A stretch of DNA of 64,000 bases from contig JAZSDN010000003.1 of assembly GCA_045531205.1 (NCBI GenBank), positions 17,281 to 81,280 of the forward strand, in the 5' to 3' direction. Position numbers and translations under genes: made by a program. The stretch comes from Clostridia bacterium. Lineage in GTDB: Bacteria; Bacillota; Clostridia; UMGS1883; UMGS1540. This document shows, in pieces, positions 49,494 to 58,573 of the stretch (the first letter of the stretch is position 1; the number at the start of each line of letters is the position of its first letter). The notes under the pieces are model-generated. The model did no database searches, was not told where the DNA came from, and saw only the letters and a list, made by a program, of their open reading frames with translations.

Positions 49494-50381
49494 ATGAAAA
49501 ACAAATTACTTGCATTTATAATAATTTTGTTTACTTTATCAACGGCAGTAATTGTACAGGCAGCCGATACCGTTATACAAAACAGAATAGATGCTTTATA
49601 TAACCTCGTCGGAAATATGTACTTTAATACAGAGCAGAGCATAGCCTGCGGTAAAAAATCAGCAGGGCATAGTTGCGGTAGTTGCTATACTCCCAATATA
49701 GTTGAATCAGAATGGTTTAAAAAACTTTTCGGCACATGCACTACCTCGCAGTTTGCAAATCAGTACGGAAATGGTGTAACTTATACAAGAAACGGTTGGT
49801 CGTGCCTTGGTTTTGCAAACTTTGCCGAATGGTATATTTTTAAAACAGCCAATACCGACACAGTATCCACAAATAATATGGGAACATACTCTTTTAATTA
49901 CAGCAATGCACAAATATATGCAAAAAAGGGCGATATATTAAGGCTTGGTAATAGACATTCAGTAATATTTATAAGTGCAAACGAAAATGGAATATATGTT
50001 TTGGATTCAAACTACCAAGGCACTTATAATTGCCTTGTAACAAAACATAACATCCCTTATACAAGTTACACTGAATTTACAATTTCGAGAGCGATTAACA
50101 GAGCAAACCTCGCTCCTGTAACAACTACCGTACCATATACATTCTCGTCTCTTACAAAAAATGCCGAAGAATACACTGTTAAGACAGAATTATATAACTT
50201 TTCACAACCCTGCGAAGTTATTGCAGTAGGGTATGAAAACGGAAGAATGGCAGCCTTCCAAATCAAAACTTATAATCAAAACACAGTAACCTTTACCCTG
50301 AACGGAGATTTTGACCAAATCAAAGTAATGGTATGGAACGAAAGAAGAGTCCCGTTATGTAAAAGTGAACGGGTAATATAA
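49494..50381 (+). CDS. Secreted protein, possible papain-fold (CHAP/NlpC-P60-like) cysteine hydrolase
   Basis: Signal peptide. GWSCLGFANFAEW (candidate Cys), GDILRLGNRHSVIF (candidate His), LDSN. Function assigned from the motif pattern only. Confidence 0.35.
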   Translation: MKNKLLAFIIILFTLSTAVIVQAADTVIQNRIDALYNLVGNMYFNTEQSIACGKKSAGHSCGSCYTPNIVESEWFKKLFGTCTTSQFANQYGNGVTYTRNGWSCLGFANFAEWYIFKTANTDTVSTNNMGTYSFNYSNAQIYAKKGDILRLGNRHSVIFISANENGIYVLDSNYQGTYNCLVTKHNIPYTSYTEFTISRAINRANLAPVTTTVPYTFSSLTKNAEEYTVKTELYNFSQPCEVIAVGYENGRMAAFQIKTYNQNTVTFTLNGDFDQIKVMVWNERRVPLCKSERVI

Positions 50382-50402
50382 ACTAAAGATAGAGAGAAAA
50401 AT

Positions 50403-51029
50403 ATGAACCTAAAAGATAAAGCACTTGAAATAATAGAGATATTAAAAACCACATACTCCGAGGCAGATTGTACATTAAACTATAAAAATCCATTCGAACT
50501 TTTAGTGGCAACCCAGCTTGCTGCACAGTGTACCGATGCAAGGGTAAACCTTATAACACCGGGGCTATTTAAAAAGTTTCCTAATATTGATGCTTTTGCA
50601 GATGCCGACATTAAAGAACTTGAAGAGGCGGTAAGACCTACAGGTTTTTATCATAACAAAGCAAAAAACCTTAAAAATTGTGCACAAAAATTAAGAGAAA
50701 CTTTTAATTATCAAGTACCCGATACTATGGAACAGCTTTTAACCCTGCCAGGGACAGGAAGAAAAACAGCAAACTTAATTTTAGGCGATGTTTTTGGTAA
50801 ACCTGCAATAGTGGTCGATACTCACGCCGGCAGAATCTGCAGAAGATTGGGCCTTACAAAAAACACAGACCCCGCAAAGGTGGAACAGGATTTGTTAAAA
50901 ATAATTCCTCCGCACGAAGGTTCTGATTTTTGCCACCGCCTTGTAATGCACGGGAGGGAAGTGTGCAGTGCAAGAAAACCCTATTGTGATAAATGTACAC
51001 TATCTGATATATGCAGTAAAATAATATAA
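50403..51029 (+). CDS. nth: Endonuclease III
   Basis: HhH-GPD (LPGTGRKTANLIL, VDTH) and a C-terminal 4Fe-4S Cys cluster (CSARKPYCDKCTLSDIC). Confidence 0.9.
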   Translation: MNLKDKALEIIEILKTTYSEADCTLNYKNPFELLVATQLAAQCTDARVNLITPGLFKKFPNIDAFADADIKELEEAVRPTGFYHNKAKNLKNCAQKLRETFNYQVPDTMEQLLTLPGTGRKTANLILGDVFGKPAIVVDTHAGRICRRLGLTKNTDPAKVEQDLLKIIPPHEGSDFCHRLVMHGREVCSARKPYCDKCTLSDICSKII

Positions 51030-51060
51030 AAAGTCAGCGGCTGTGCCGCTGACTTTTTTA
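51028..51060. terminator. Bidirectional rho-independent terminator
   Basis: AAAAGTCAGCGG / CCGCTGACTTTT. Confidence 0.8.
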
Positions 51061-51063
51061 ATC

Positions 51064-52401
51064 TCAGCCTTCGCTGAAGAAGTTTTGTGTGTGATAATAT
51101 GTGTAGGTACTGTTGGGATTACATGCAATACCAACACCAAGATAATCATAATCGCTTAACATATTTTCTCTGTGACCGCTTGAATTTACCAATCCGTAAA
51201 AAGAATGAAAACCTAAAAATTTTCCACCGCCTCCGGAAATATTTTCGCCAGACTTCCTCAAATTGATACCCTGCGCTGACATTCTTTGAGAGCTTGAAAG
51301 GCCATTTCGATTTGTATGTGAAAAATAATCGTTTTCTGCCATATCTTCGCTGTGAAGCTTTGCTGATTTTGCTGCCTTTTCACTCCATTTAAAAGGTTTT
51401 AAATTATGCATAACCCTGAAAGCATTGGTAAAATGAAAGTTCATTTTGCCCTCATCTAAAAGCTGTTCATCCGAGAATGATGTTATGTCATACCGCACAG
51501 GGTTATAATTGTCATTAAATAGCTTTATACTGTGTATTTTATTATTGTCGTTTGAATCGGCATAAATTCCGTAAATTGTTTCATCTCCTATTATGTCGCC
51601 ACATTTATAATCAAGATATGAAAAAGCTTTTCCTGTTGATGCAATAGCAACTATTCTGTCGGCATCCACACCTATTGCATAAAAGTTTTTGTAAGTATCT
51701 GTACCATAAACATTCCACTTGAAATTGCCAGTTGATTCAAGAGTTTCGTCGGGAGAATCCAAAGACTCTGTGCTCATACCCAAAAACAATTTTTGATTAT
51801 TTATATATATGATATTTTTTTCCAGATATGAAATTGTATTATAAACAAAACGTGCAACATCACCACGATTTGCAGCTTTACTACCATCACCATACATAAT
51901 GTCATAGTATGCTGTTAAATCAATAATGTTCGTGTTACGCGCTACCTCCACATAGCCTTTTGGCCAGCCACCTTTCTGTGCGGCATCATATTCCATTCCC
52001 GCCATGCACACAAGCATTTTTATTATTTCGTAATAGGTTACTTTGTCATCAGGAGCAAACATGCCATTGCCCATGCCATTTATAATTTTATTTTCTGTTG
52101 CAGCCATAATATAACCGCAACCCCAAAAATCATTTTCAACGTCGTAATATACACTTTCAGCAGAAGATTTTGGAATTTCTGCAGCACGGGTAATTACAGC
52201 AGCAGCTTCTGCTCTTGTTATTTTACCTTCGGGTCTGAAGGTAGAATCATCGTATCCGTTAATAATACCTTTTTTACTTAAATTCATTATAGCATCATAG
52301 TACGGACTTTCCTTTGATACATCAGAAAAGCCTTCAGCACATACCGGAAACGAGATAGTAATACATAAAACCATTAGTAAACAAATAACTTTTTTAAACA
52401 T
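51064..52401 (-). CDS. Secreted SLH-domain protein with C-terminal CAP (SCP/PR1-like) domain
   Basis: Signal peptide. SLH repeats (FSDVSKESPYYDAIMNLSKKGIINGY...). C-terminal CAP motifs (HSEDMAENDYFSH, GENI, GHRENML). Confidence 0.8.
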   Translation of the reverse strand: MFKKVICLLMVLCITISFPVCAEGFSDVSKESPYYDAIMNLSKKGIINGYDDSTFRPEGKITRAEAAAVITRAAEIPKSSAESVYYDVENDFWGCGYIMAATENKIINGMGNGMFAPDDKVTYYEIIKMLVCMAGMEYDAAQKGGWPKGYVEVARNTNIIDLTAYYDIMYGDGSKAANRGDVARFVYNTISYLEKNIIYINNQKLFLGMSTESLDSPDETLESTGNFKWNVYGTDTYKNFYAIGVDADRIVAIASTGKAFSYLDYKCGDIIGDETIYGIYADSNDNNKIHSIKLFNDNYNPVRYDITSFSDEQLLDEGKMNFHFTNAFRVMHNLKPFKWSEKAAKSAKLHSEDMAENDYFSHTNRNGLSSSQRMSAQGINLRKSGENISGGGGKFLGFHSFYGLVNSSGHRENMLSDYDYLGVGIACNPNSTYTYYHTQNFFSEG

Positions 52402-52431
52402 ATTAGAACTCCTTGATTTATATTTATAAAC

Positions 52432-52460
52432 ATTATAACATCAAAGACCATTAGTTTCAA
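52432..52460 (-). promoter_or_regulatory. Candidate sigma-A promoter
   Basis: Minus strand reads TTGAAA, 17-nt spacer, TATAAT. Confidence 0.5.
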
Positions 52461-52491
52461 CCGATTTATTAAAAGAAAGAAAAATAAATTG

Positions 52492-52522
52492 AAAACGGCA
52501 CAGAAAAATCTGTGCCGTTTTT
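52492..52522. terminator. Rho-independent terminator ending the gatD/small-ORF transcript
   Basis: ACGGCACA / TGTGCCGT stem flanked by an A-run and a T-run. Confidence 0.7.
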
Positions 52523-52667
52523 AATCCTCCCTGATAGTTTCTCCGTCCCAAAAACGGTCGGGGTCATCCTTTGAAATTTTGTGTAAAATTTCGGGTTCCT
52601 GATAGTCATACCTGTTTTTTATCTCGGTTTCCTTAAAATTTTTCTTTTGCGAAGCTTGGTTTTTCAT
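52521..52667 (-). CDS. Small hydrophilic protein, 48 aa (not in the supplied ORF track)
   Basis: My translation: MKNQASQKKNFKETEIKNRYDYQEPEILHKISKDDPDRFWDGETIRED. GGAGG lies 7 nt upstream of the ATG. A terminator follows immediately. Confidence 0.4.
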   Translation of the reverse strand: MKNQASQKKNFKETEIKNRYDYQEPEILHKISKDDPDRFWDGETIRED

Positions 52668-52723
52668 AAAAACACCTCCGTAAAATATATTTTGGAATCC
52701 AATATTAGTATAACTCTTTTTTA

Positions 52724-53440
52724 CTATTTATTCAGCCTTTTCAAAATAATTCGCTTTGCAGCTCTTTCAAACTCGTCATCAAGTGGGTCAAAGACGGGTA
52801 CATTTTCATATTTTTTATCAATGGCAGTACGAATCATTTCGTCAGCGACAGAAGGATTTTTAGCTAAAAAAGGCCCATGCATATATGTGCATAAAAGATT
52901 CTTGTAACGTGCACCTTCTGTTTTGTCTTCTCCATTATTACCAAAACCTTTTATAACCGAAGACAGGGGAGAAATACCTTTTAAAAATGTTCTGCCAAAA
53001 TGATTTTCAAAACCTACACATATTTCGTTATCAATTTTAACCGAAATGTCACCTGTAAAGGGTTTTCCTGCTTCTTCTGTATAAACAGGGATAATTTTGC
53101 ATCCGTCAACCTGATGTCCGCTTTCTGTAAAGAAATATTCGCCAAGGCATTGAAAACCAGTTCCAATAGCTAACATAACGCCTTCATCTTCAATATATTC
53201 CTTTAAATATTTTATATTCTTCTTCAAATCGTCAAGAGCAGTTAAAACCTTTTCGCCTTTAGCACCGCCCAATATTATAATATCATATTTTGAAGGACTG
53301 AAATAATCACCGGGGTTAAACGAGGTAATATTAGTTTTTATACCTCTTGATTCAGCTCTGAATTTAAGTATAGCAGCATTTCCTGAATCTGCGTGCATAT
53401 TAAGAAGAGAAGGATAAAATACACAAATATTAAGTTCCAT
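52724..53440 (-). CDS. gatD: GatD-like CobQ-type glutamine amidotransferase (lipid II isoglutaminyl synthase partner of MurT)
   Basis: Overall collinear with GatD (GFENHFGRT, YKNLLCTYMHGPFLAKNP). Located directly downstream of murT. Confidence 0.75.
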   Translation of the reverse strand: MELNICVFYPSLLNMHADSGNAAILKFRAESRGIKTNITSFNPGDYFSPSKYDIIILGGAKGEKVLTALDDLKKNIKYLKEYIEDEGVMLAIGTGFQCLGEYFFTESGHQVDGCKIIPVYTEEAGKPFTGDISVKIDNEICVGFENHFGRTFLKGISPLSSVIKGFGNNGEDKTEGARYKNLLCTYMHGPFLAKNPSVADEMIRTAIDKKYENVPVFDPLDDEFERAAKRIILKRLNK

Positions 53441-53454
53441 AAATACTGCCTCCT

Positions 53455-54732
53455 TTAATATTTTTTCCTACGTAAAAATTTACGGAAGTTTTGCATTCCC
53501 GAATATGTAGTAAAAAGATATATCCTGTCGTGACAATGCATTTTAATATCGTAAAGCAAAGCTTCATAATCTGCACACATAAAGAAAGCAGATGTATTAA
53601 GCCCCGCTGTTTTAAGTCTGACTGCCATATCATAACGGCGGTTTCCTGCAATAAGAATGTTATTGTAATTCATTTCTTTTGCAGCCTCATAGCGTACATT
53701 ATAAATCCACGAAACATCAATTCCGTCTTTTTCGTCGTCGTTTAAAATAAATGCAAGGTTTGAAGGCTCTCTGTCAGGGATAACAGAATGTATCGATTCG
53801 TTTGCCCCTGCAGCATTTTTAACAGGCATCATAACAACTTCAACACCGTCAACTATAATAGTTTGGGTGCCGTCAATGCTTCTTTCAAGACCTGATAATG
53901 CTTCTTCAATGCTGTGCTTTGAAACACCAAGCTTTTTTGCACACGCAGCAGCACAAAGAGCGTTGTAAATATTATATATACCTGAAAGGGGGAGAGAAAC
54001 CTGCATACCGTCATTAAAACAAATTCTCGAAAAATTGTGAGTAATTTCAAATATCTTGCTTATGTAAACATCAAGAGTGGGACGTTTTATACCGCAAACA
54101 GAACAAGCGTAAGAAAAATCTTCGCCCGATACAATTTCTGCCTGACACATAGGACAGCAAAGATTTTCGCTTTTAGAAAATCCTGAAGGGATTTCCTTTA
54201 TACCATAATATATCTTTTCATAAGAGGGTAAAAAGTCCCAAAAAACAGTAGTATCACCGTTTAAAATAAGGGTTGAATTTTCAGAATGTCTGTAAGCTTC
54301 GGCAAGAAGCTCTTTTGTTTTGTCAGGATTTTCATAAGTATCAGTGATATCAGAATATAAATTTGTAACAGCAATAATTTCGGGCGAAACATTTTCAAGC
54401 AAACTTTTTAAAGCTTCCGAATCTGCCGAAAAAACAGCTATACTGCATTTGTAGTTTTCTGCTAAAAAAGCTGTTACAGTTTCCTTTGTGTTTAAGGAAG
54501 CTTTTGCAACACAAGCCTTTACACCGTCGCAGTATAAAATGCTTTTAAGAATTTCAGAGGTAGTGCTTTTCCCGTTAGTACCTTCAATTAAAACAATCTT
54601 AAATTTTTCGCAAAGAAGGTTAAAAGCCGAAGGGTAAAGAACAAGCAAAACCTTTCCAATTTCATCAAAGCCTACACCCAATAACCGTGCAATTTTAATA
54701 AATAACGAAAAAATCATAAATAAAATATTCAT
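53455..54732 (-). CDS. murT: MurT, Mur-ligase family lipid II isoglutaminyl synthase subunit
   Basis: P-loop GTNGKSTT, Cys4 ribbon CPMCQ...CSVCG, and a C-terminal DUF1727-like region. Confidence 0.85.
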   Translation of the reverse strand: MNILFMIFSLFIKIARLLGVGFDEIGKVLLVLYPSAFNLLCEKFKIVLIEGTNGKSTTSEILKSILYCDGVKACVAKASLNTKETVTAFLAENYKCSIAVFSADSEALKSLLENVSPEIIAVTNLYSDITDTYENPDKTKELLAEAYRHSENSTLILNGDTTVFWDFLPSYEKIYYGIKEIPSGFSKSENLCCPMCQAEIVSGEDFSYACSVCGIKRPTLDVYISKIFEITHNFSRICFNDGMQVSLPLSGIYNIYNALCAAACAKKLGVSKHSIEEALSGLERSIDGTQTIIVDGVEVVMMPVKNAAGANESIHSVIPDREPSNLAFILNDDEKDGIDVSWIYNVRYEAAKEMNYNNILIAGNRRYDMAVRLKTAGLNTSAFFMCADYEALLYDIKMHCHDRIYLFTTYSGMQNFRKFLRRKKY

Positions 54733-55526
54733 TAGTCAAGCTCCTTGTGAGAGAGTTCTACAAGCTCGGATGCTGAAATTTCTGCATCCATATCAGAACA
54801 TTTTTTAATATACATTAAATATTCAATATTTCCCTTAGGTCCCTTTACGGGAGAAAAATCAGCACCTAAAACCGAAAAACCGTTTTCTTTTGCAAAAGAA
54901 AATACACGTTCAATAACTTCTATATGAACAAGCGGGTCTCTTACAACCCCATTTTTCCCAACCTTTTCTCTGCCTGCCTCAAATTGCGGTTTTATAAGAC
55001 AAACGGCTTCGCCATTGTCCTTTAAAAGATTTTTTAAAACAGGCAAAACCAGAGAAAGAGAAATAAAAGAAACATCAATAGAAGCAAAGTCCAAAGCCTC
55101 GTCAATGTTTTCTGGCGTCACAAATCTTATGTTTGTACGCTCCATATTAACAACTCTTTCATCTATGCGTAAGCTCCATGCAAGCTGCCCATAACCCACA
55201 TCAACTGCATAAACTTTCTTTGCACCGTTCTGGAGCATACAGTCAGTAAATCCGCCTGTTGAAGCACCAATGTCCATACAAATACATCCGTCAAGTGTAA
55301 TGGGGAATTGTGCCATAGCCTTTTCAAGCTTTAACCCACCACGGCTTACATAGTTAAGAGTGCTTCCGCGAACCTCAATAACATCGTCTTCCGATACCTG
55401 CATACCTGCCTTGTCAGCCTTCTGGTCATTTACATATACAATGCCTGACATTATAATAGCACTGGCTTTGTCTCTGCCGCTTACCAAACCGTGCTCGGTC
55501 AAATATTTATCAAGCCTTATCTTCAT
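54732..55526 (-). CDS. tlyA: TlyA family rRNA 2'-O-methyltransferase
   Basis: Start at MKIRLDKYL (GGAGG RBS). S4 domain plus FtsJ-like SAM MTase (DIGASTGGFTD). Confidence 0.85.
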   Translation of the reverse strand: MKIRLDKYLTEHGLVSGRDKASAIIMSGIVYVNDQKADKAGMQVSEDDVIEVRGSTLNYVSRGGLKLEKAMAQFPITLDGCICMDIGASTGGFTDCMLQNGAKKVYAVDVGYGQLAWSLRIDERVVNMERTNIRFVTPENIDEALDFASIDVSFISLSLVLPVLKNLLKDNGEAVCLIKPQFEAGREKVGKNGVVRDPLVHIEVIERVFSFAKENGFSVLGADFSPVKGPKGNIEYLMYIKKCSDMDAEISASELVELSHKELD

Positions 55527-57324
55527 TTTGTAACCTCCGTAGGATATCTTCTGCAATACTTTCACCATCAAGCCTGTAAGCTTTTGTAAGCTCATTTATT
55601 GAACCTTGCGGTATAAATTCATCAGGGAATGCTTTTATAATATCAGCCCCAAGCTTTTCTCCTAAAGAACCAAATTCCATATTATCTTCAACAGTTACAA
55701 GCATTCCTGTCTTTTTAACAGATTTTAAAATACTGTCTTTATCAAAAGGCTTAACAGTAGACATATTTATAACTTCAGCTGATACACCTTTATCGTCTAA
55801 AATGTCAGAAGCTAAAAGTGCCTCATAAACCATCCTTCCGTAAGAAACAATGGTAACATCATTTCCTTCTTTTAAAATTTCAGCCTTTGCAAAATTGAAA
55901 TGAGTATCAATATGGGGAAGAGGCCCTTTAGGATAACGAATAGCCACGGGTCCTTCAATACTGTTCACAGCAAATTTCAGCATCAAATCAAGCTCTTCGT
56001 TACAAGAGGGCGACAGAATAGTCATATTTGGTATGTGTGATAAAAACGAAATATCAAATACACCCTGATGGGTTTCGCCGTCATTACCCGCAATCCCCGC
56101 ATGGTCTATTGCAAAAATAACATGATAATTTGCTAGTGCAATATCCTCAATCAAAGAATCATACGCTCTTTGTAAAAAGGTCGAGTATATCGAAACAACA
56201 GGAACAAATCCTTCGTGTGCAAGCCCTGCCGCCATAGTAACAGCGTGTTCTTCTGCAATACCTGCATCCGAAAATCTTTCAGGGAACTTTTTAATAAATT
56301 CGGAAAGTCCGCACGAAACAGGCATAGCGGGAGAAATTGAATATATTTTTTTATTTTCATCTGCAAGCTTTGTTAAAGTTTCACCAAACTGGGCAGTCAT
56401 AGTCTTTCCGCTATCAGTTTTTCCAGAAGAAGAAACCGCATGGAAATTAGAAGGCTCTGCCTCAGCTTTTTCGTAACCCTTACCTTTTTTTGTGCAAATG
56501 TGTACAATGCAAGGTTTTTCATATTTTTTGGCCTGCGAAAAAGCAGTACATAAAGCCTCTAAATCGTGCCCGTCAAAAGGACCAAGATATTTGCAACCAA
56601 GCTTTTCAAAATAAATTCCGGGCACAAAAATAAACTTCATAAGCTTCGAAAGCTTGCTTGTAACCTTATACAAAAAAGAACCTATTAAAGGTATCTTCGA
56701 AAAAACTTTTTTAGTGCGTCCTTTGGCATCAAAGTAAATAGGATTAGTTCTTATTCTATTTAAATATCTTGAAAATGCACCTGTAGATTTTTGTATTGAC
56801 ATCTGGTTATCGTTTAAAACAATAATAACCTTTTTCCCACAATGTGAGAGATGATTCAACGCTTCCTGATTTATTCCGTTTGCAAAAGAAGAATCACCAA
56901 TAACAGGAATAATTTCAAAATTCTCTTCGTTTATATCTTTGGCAAGAGCAAGCCCTAAAGCAAGCGAAAGGGAAGTGCCCGCATGCCCCGCATTAAAAGT
57001 ATCATATTCACTTTCTGATATTTTGGGAAAACCGCTTAATCCGCCCTTTTGACGTAATGAATCAAACCCGTCACGTCTTCCGCAAATAATTTTATGTACA
57101 TAGCTTTGATGGCCAACATCCCATATAATTTTGTCGTAAGGGGCATTAAAAGAGTAATGCAAAGCTAAAGTAAGCTCCACAACCCCGAGATTAGAAGCCA
57201 AATGCCCGCCGGACTTGTTTACTTTTTCAATAAGAAAACTTCTTATTTCACCGGCAAGAACTTCAAGCTCATCAAAATTCAGTTTTTTTAAATCATCAGG
57301 AGAACTGATATTATTAAGAAGCAT
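55510..57324 (-). CDS. dxs: 1-deoxy-D-xylulose-5-phosphate synthase
   Basis: TPP motif GDSSFANG...NDN. GHxG/HQSY region. Typical length. Confidence 0.95.
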   Translation of the reverse strand: MLLNNISSPDDLKKLNFDELEVLAGEIRSFLIEKVNKSGGHLASNLGVVELTLALHYSFNAPYDKIIWDVGHQSYVHKIICGRRDGFDSLRQKGGLSGFPKISESEYDTFNAGHAGTSLSLALGLALAKDINEENFEIIPVIGDSSFANGINQEALNHLSHCGKKVIIVLNDNQMSIQKSTGAFSRYLNRIRTNPIYFDAKGRTKKVFSKIPLIGSFLYKVTSKLSKLMKFIFVPGIYFEKLGCKYLGPFDGHDLEALCTAFSQAKKYEKPCIVHICTKKGKGYEKAEAEPSNFHAVSSSGKTDSGKTMTAQFGETLTKLADENKKIYSISPAMPVSCGLSEFIKKFPERFSDAGIAEEHAVTMAAGLAHEGFVPVVSIYSTFLQRAYDSLIEDIALANYHVIFAIDHAGIAGNDGETHQGVFDISFLSHIPNMTILSPSCNEELDLMLKFAVNSIEGPVAIRYPKGPLPHIDTHFNFAKAEILKEGNDVTIVSYGRMVYEALLASDILDDKGVSAEVINMSTVKPFDKDSILKSVKKTGMLVTVEDNMEFGSLGEKLGADIIKAFPDEFIPQGSINELTKAYRLDGESIAEDILRRLQNEDKA

Positions 57325-57908
57325 TATTTATCCCTCTTTGAAAAAAACGCTAAAATACGTCCAATGAAAAAAACAATGGAATTACAGTTTTTAAAAGCAA
57401 AGGTTTTGGCAGTTGCCTTACCACCAATGGTTAAAGAGGCAGTGATGGCGGTAATTATTAAGGTAGTTATAAGCGAGTCCCACGAAAATTTTAAAGTGAG
57501 CGAAGCAACAATAACAGCACCCGCAGCACCACTTACAATACCGCAGATGTCACCGATTACGTCGTTACAAAAGCTCGAAACCTTTTCGGCATTACGCAAA
57601 AGCCATACCGATTGACGTGCCCCTGCAATTTTACTTGAGGCCATAGCATGGAAAGGTGACTCAACCGAAGAAGCAACAGCAATCCCCAAAACGTCAAAGA
57701 AAATACCTATGCATATAATAAAAAATAAAACCAAAAAGGCAATACCTATAGGTAAATCCGACAACAAAATATTAGAAACAAAAGTAATTAAAATCGAAAG
57801 AAAAAACGCAATAAAAGTAACAAACAAAACCCAGGGCAAGCTGAAGTTTTTACCCTGAATATGAGAAGTTTTTACTTTAATTTTGCGTTTTTGATTATCC
57901 TTATTCAT
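57324..57908 (-). CDS. oapA: OapA-like four-TM membrane protein (OLE-associated protein A)
   Basis: 194 aa with a basic N-terminus and 4 TM helices. Located immediately downstream of the OLE-like RNA, with its stop overlapping the dxs start. This is the reported OLE-oapA-dxs-tlyA synteny. Confidence 0.65.
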   Translation of the reverse strand: MNKDNQKRKIKVKTSHIQGKNFSLPWVLFVTFIAFFLSILITFVSNILLSDLPIGIAFLVLFFIICIGIFFDVLGIAVASSVESPFHAMASSKIAGARQSVWLLRNAEKVSSFCNDVIGDICGIVSGAAGAVIVASLTLKFSWDSLITTLIITAITASLTIGGKATAKTFAFKNCNSIVFFIGRILAFFSKRDK

Positions 57909-57937
57909 AATAATATCCTAAAGCATATAAAAAAGTA

Positions 57938-58526
57938 GGTGGTAGAACACGAAGTTAAGTTTGCGGCATAGGTCCGTGTTGGATTTCCCGCATCAGTACC
58001 ACGCGTCGCCGTCGTGGCGGTTCCCCTTTAAACCAAAGCTGAGCCGTGGCTCAAACCGGATTACCACTAAGTCCACACTGCAATCCTTCGTATCCTTCCC
58101 TAGAAAAAGGGACAGCCTAGGAGATTTCCTCAACAGTCACGCCAAATCTTTAGCCTCTTTTGCAGACATAATTTCATCAAGCGATAGCAAAACTTGTGTT
58201 GGCCGACACAAAGAATTGCCCAAGCAAGAATCCCTTATGGCCACTCAAGGCAGGCTACTCTGCCCACAGCACCAAAAGGCACCGCAAAGCAGGTTTAATC
58301 CCAAGCCGTACACCAGCCTTTATAAAGCAAAATGCACGAAAATGGGTCTCCACGGAAAGAGGGTTAAAGTCGTATGCCGTTACAACCCACCCGCAAACCT
58401 TAACTCCCAGCACCAGCCCCTGACTGGCATCAAAAGCCGGCACAAGGAACTTCATCGATGTGCCCGTCGGCGGATTTTTAGGCCCGCCCTGGGATTCGGC
58501 AGAATTGACTAGGATACTGCACCACC
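57938..58526 (-). ncRNA. ole: OLE (ornate, large, extremophilic) RNA candidate
   Basis: A stretch of about 590 nt that is visibly far more GC-rich than its flanks. Only low-complexity R/P/S-rich ORFs cross it. The terminal GGTGGT (58526-58521) and ACCACC (57943-57938) can form a closing helix. A near-consensus promoter sits 7 nt upstream. The synteny with oapA-dxs-tlyA matches that described for OLE. Confidence 0.75.
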
Positions 58527-58532
58527 GTAAAT

Positions 58533-58561
58533 ATTATAACATAGTAAAATAGATTTGTAAA
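58533..58561 (-). promoter_or_regulatory. Candidate sigma-A promoter of the OLE RNA operon
   Basis: Minus strand reads TTTACA, 17-nt spacer, TATAAT. Confidence 0.5.
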
Positions 58562-58573
58562 GTGTAAAAAAGG

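Noticed and set aside
57961-58512. 183-aa + strand ORF, together with the overlapping ORFs 58196-58423 (+) and 58255-58455 (-)
   Set aside because: The translation is R/P/S/K-rich with no domain-like pattern. ORFs are open on both strands because stop codons are scarce in the GC-rich sequence. There is no RBS. The region is better explained as the OLE-type RNA.
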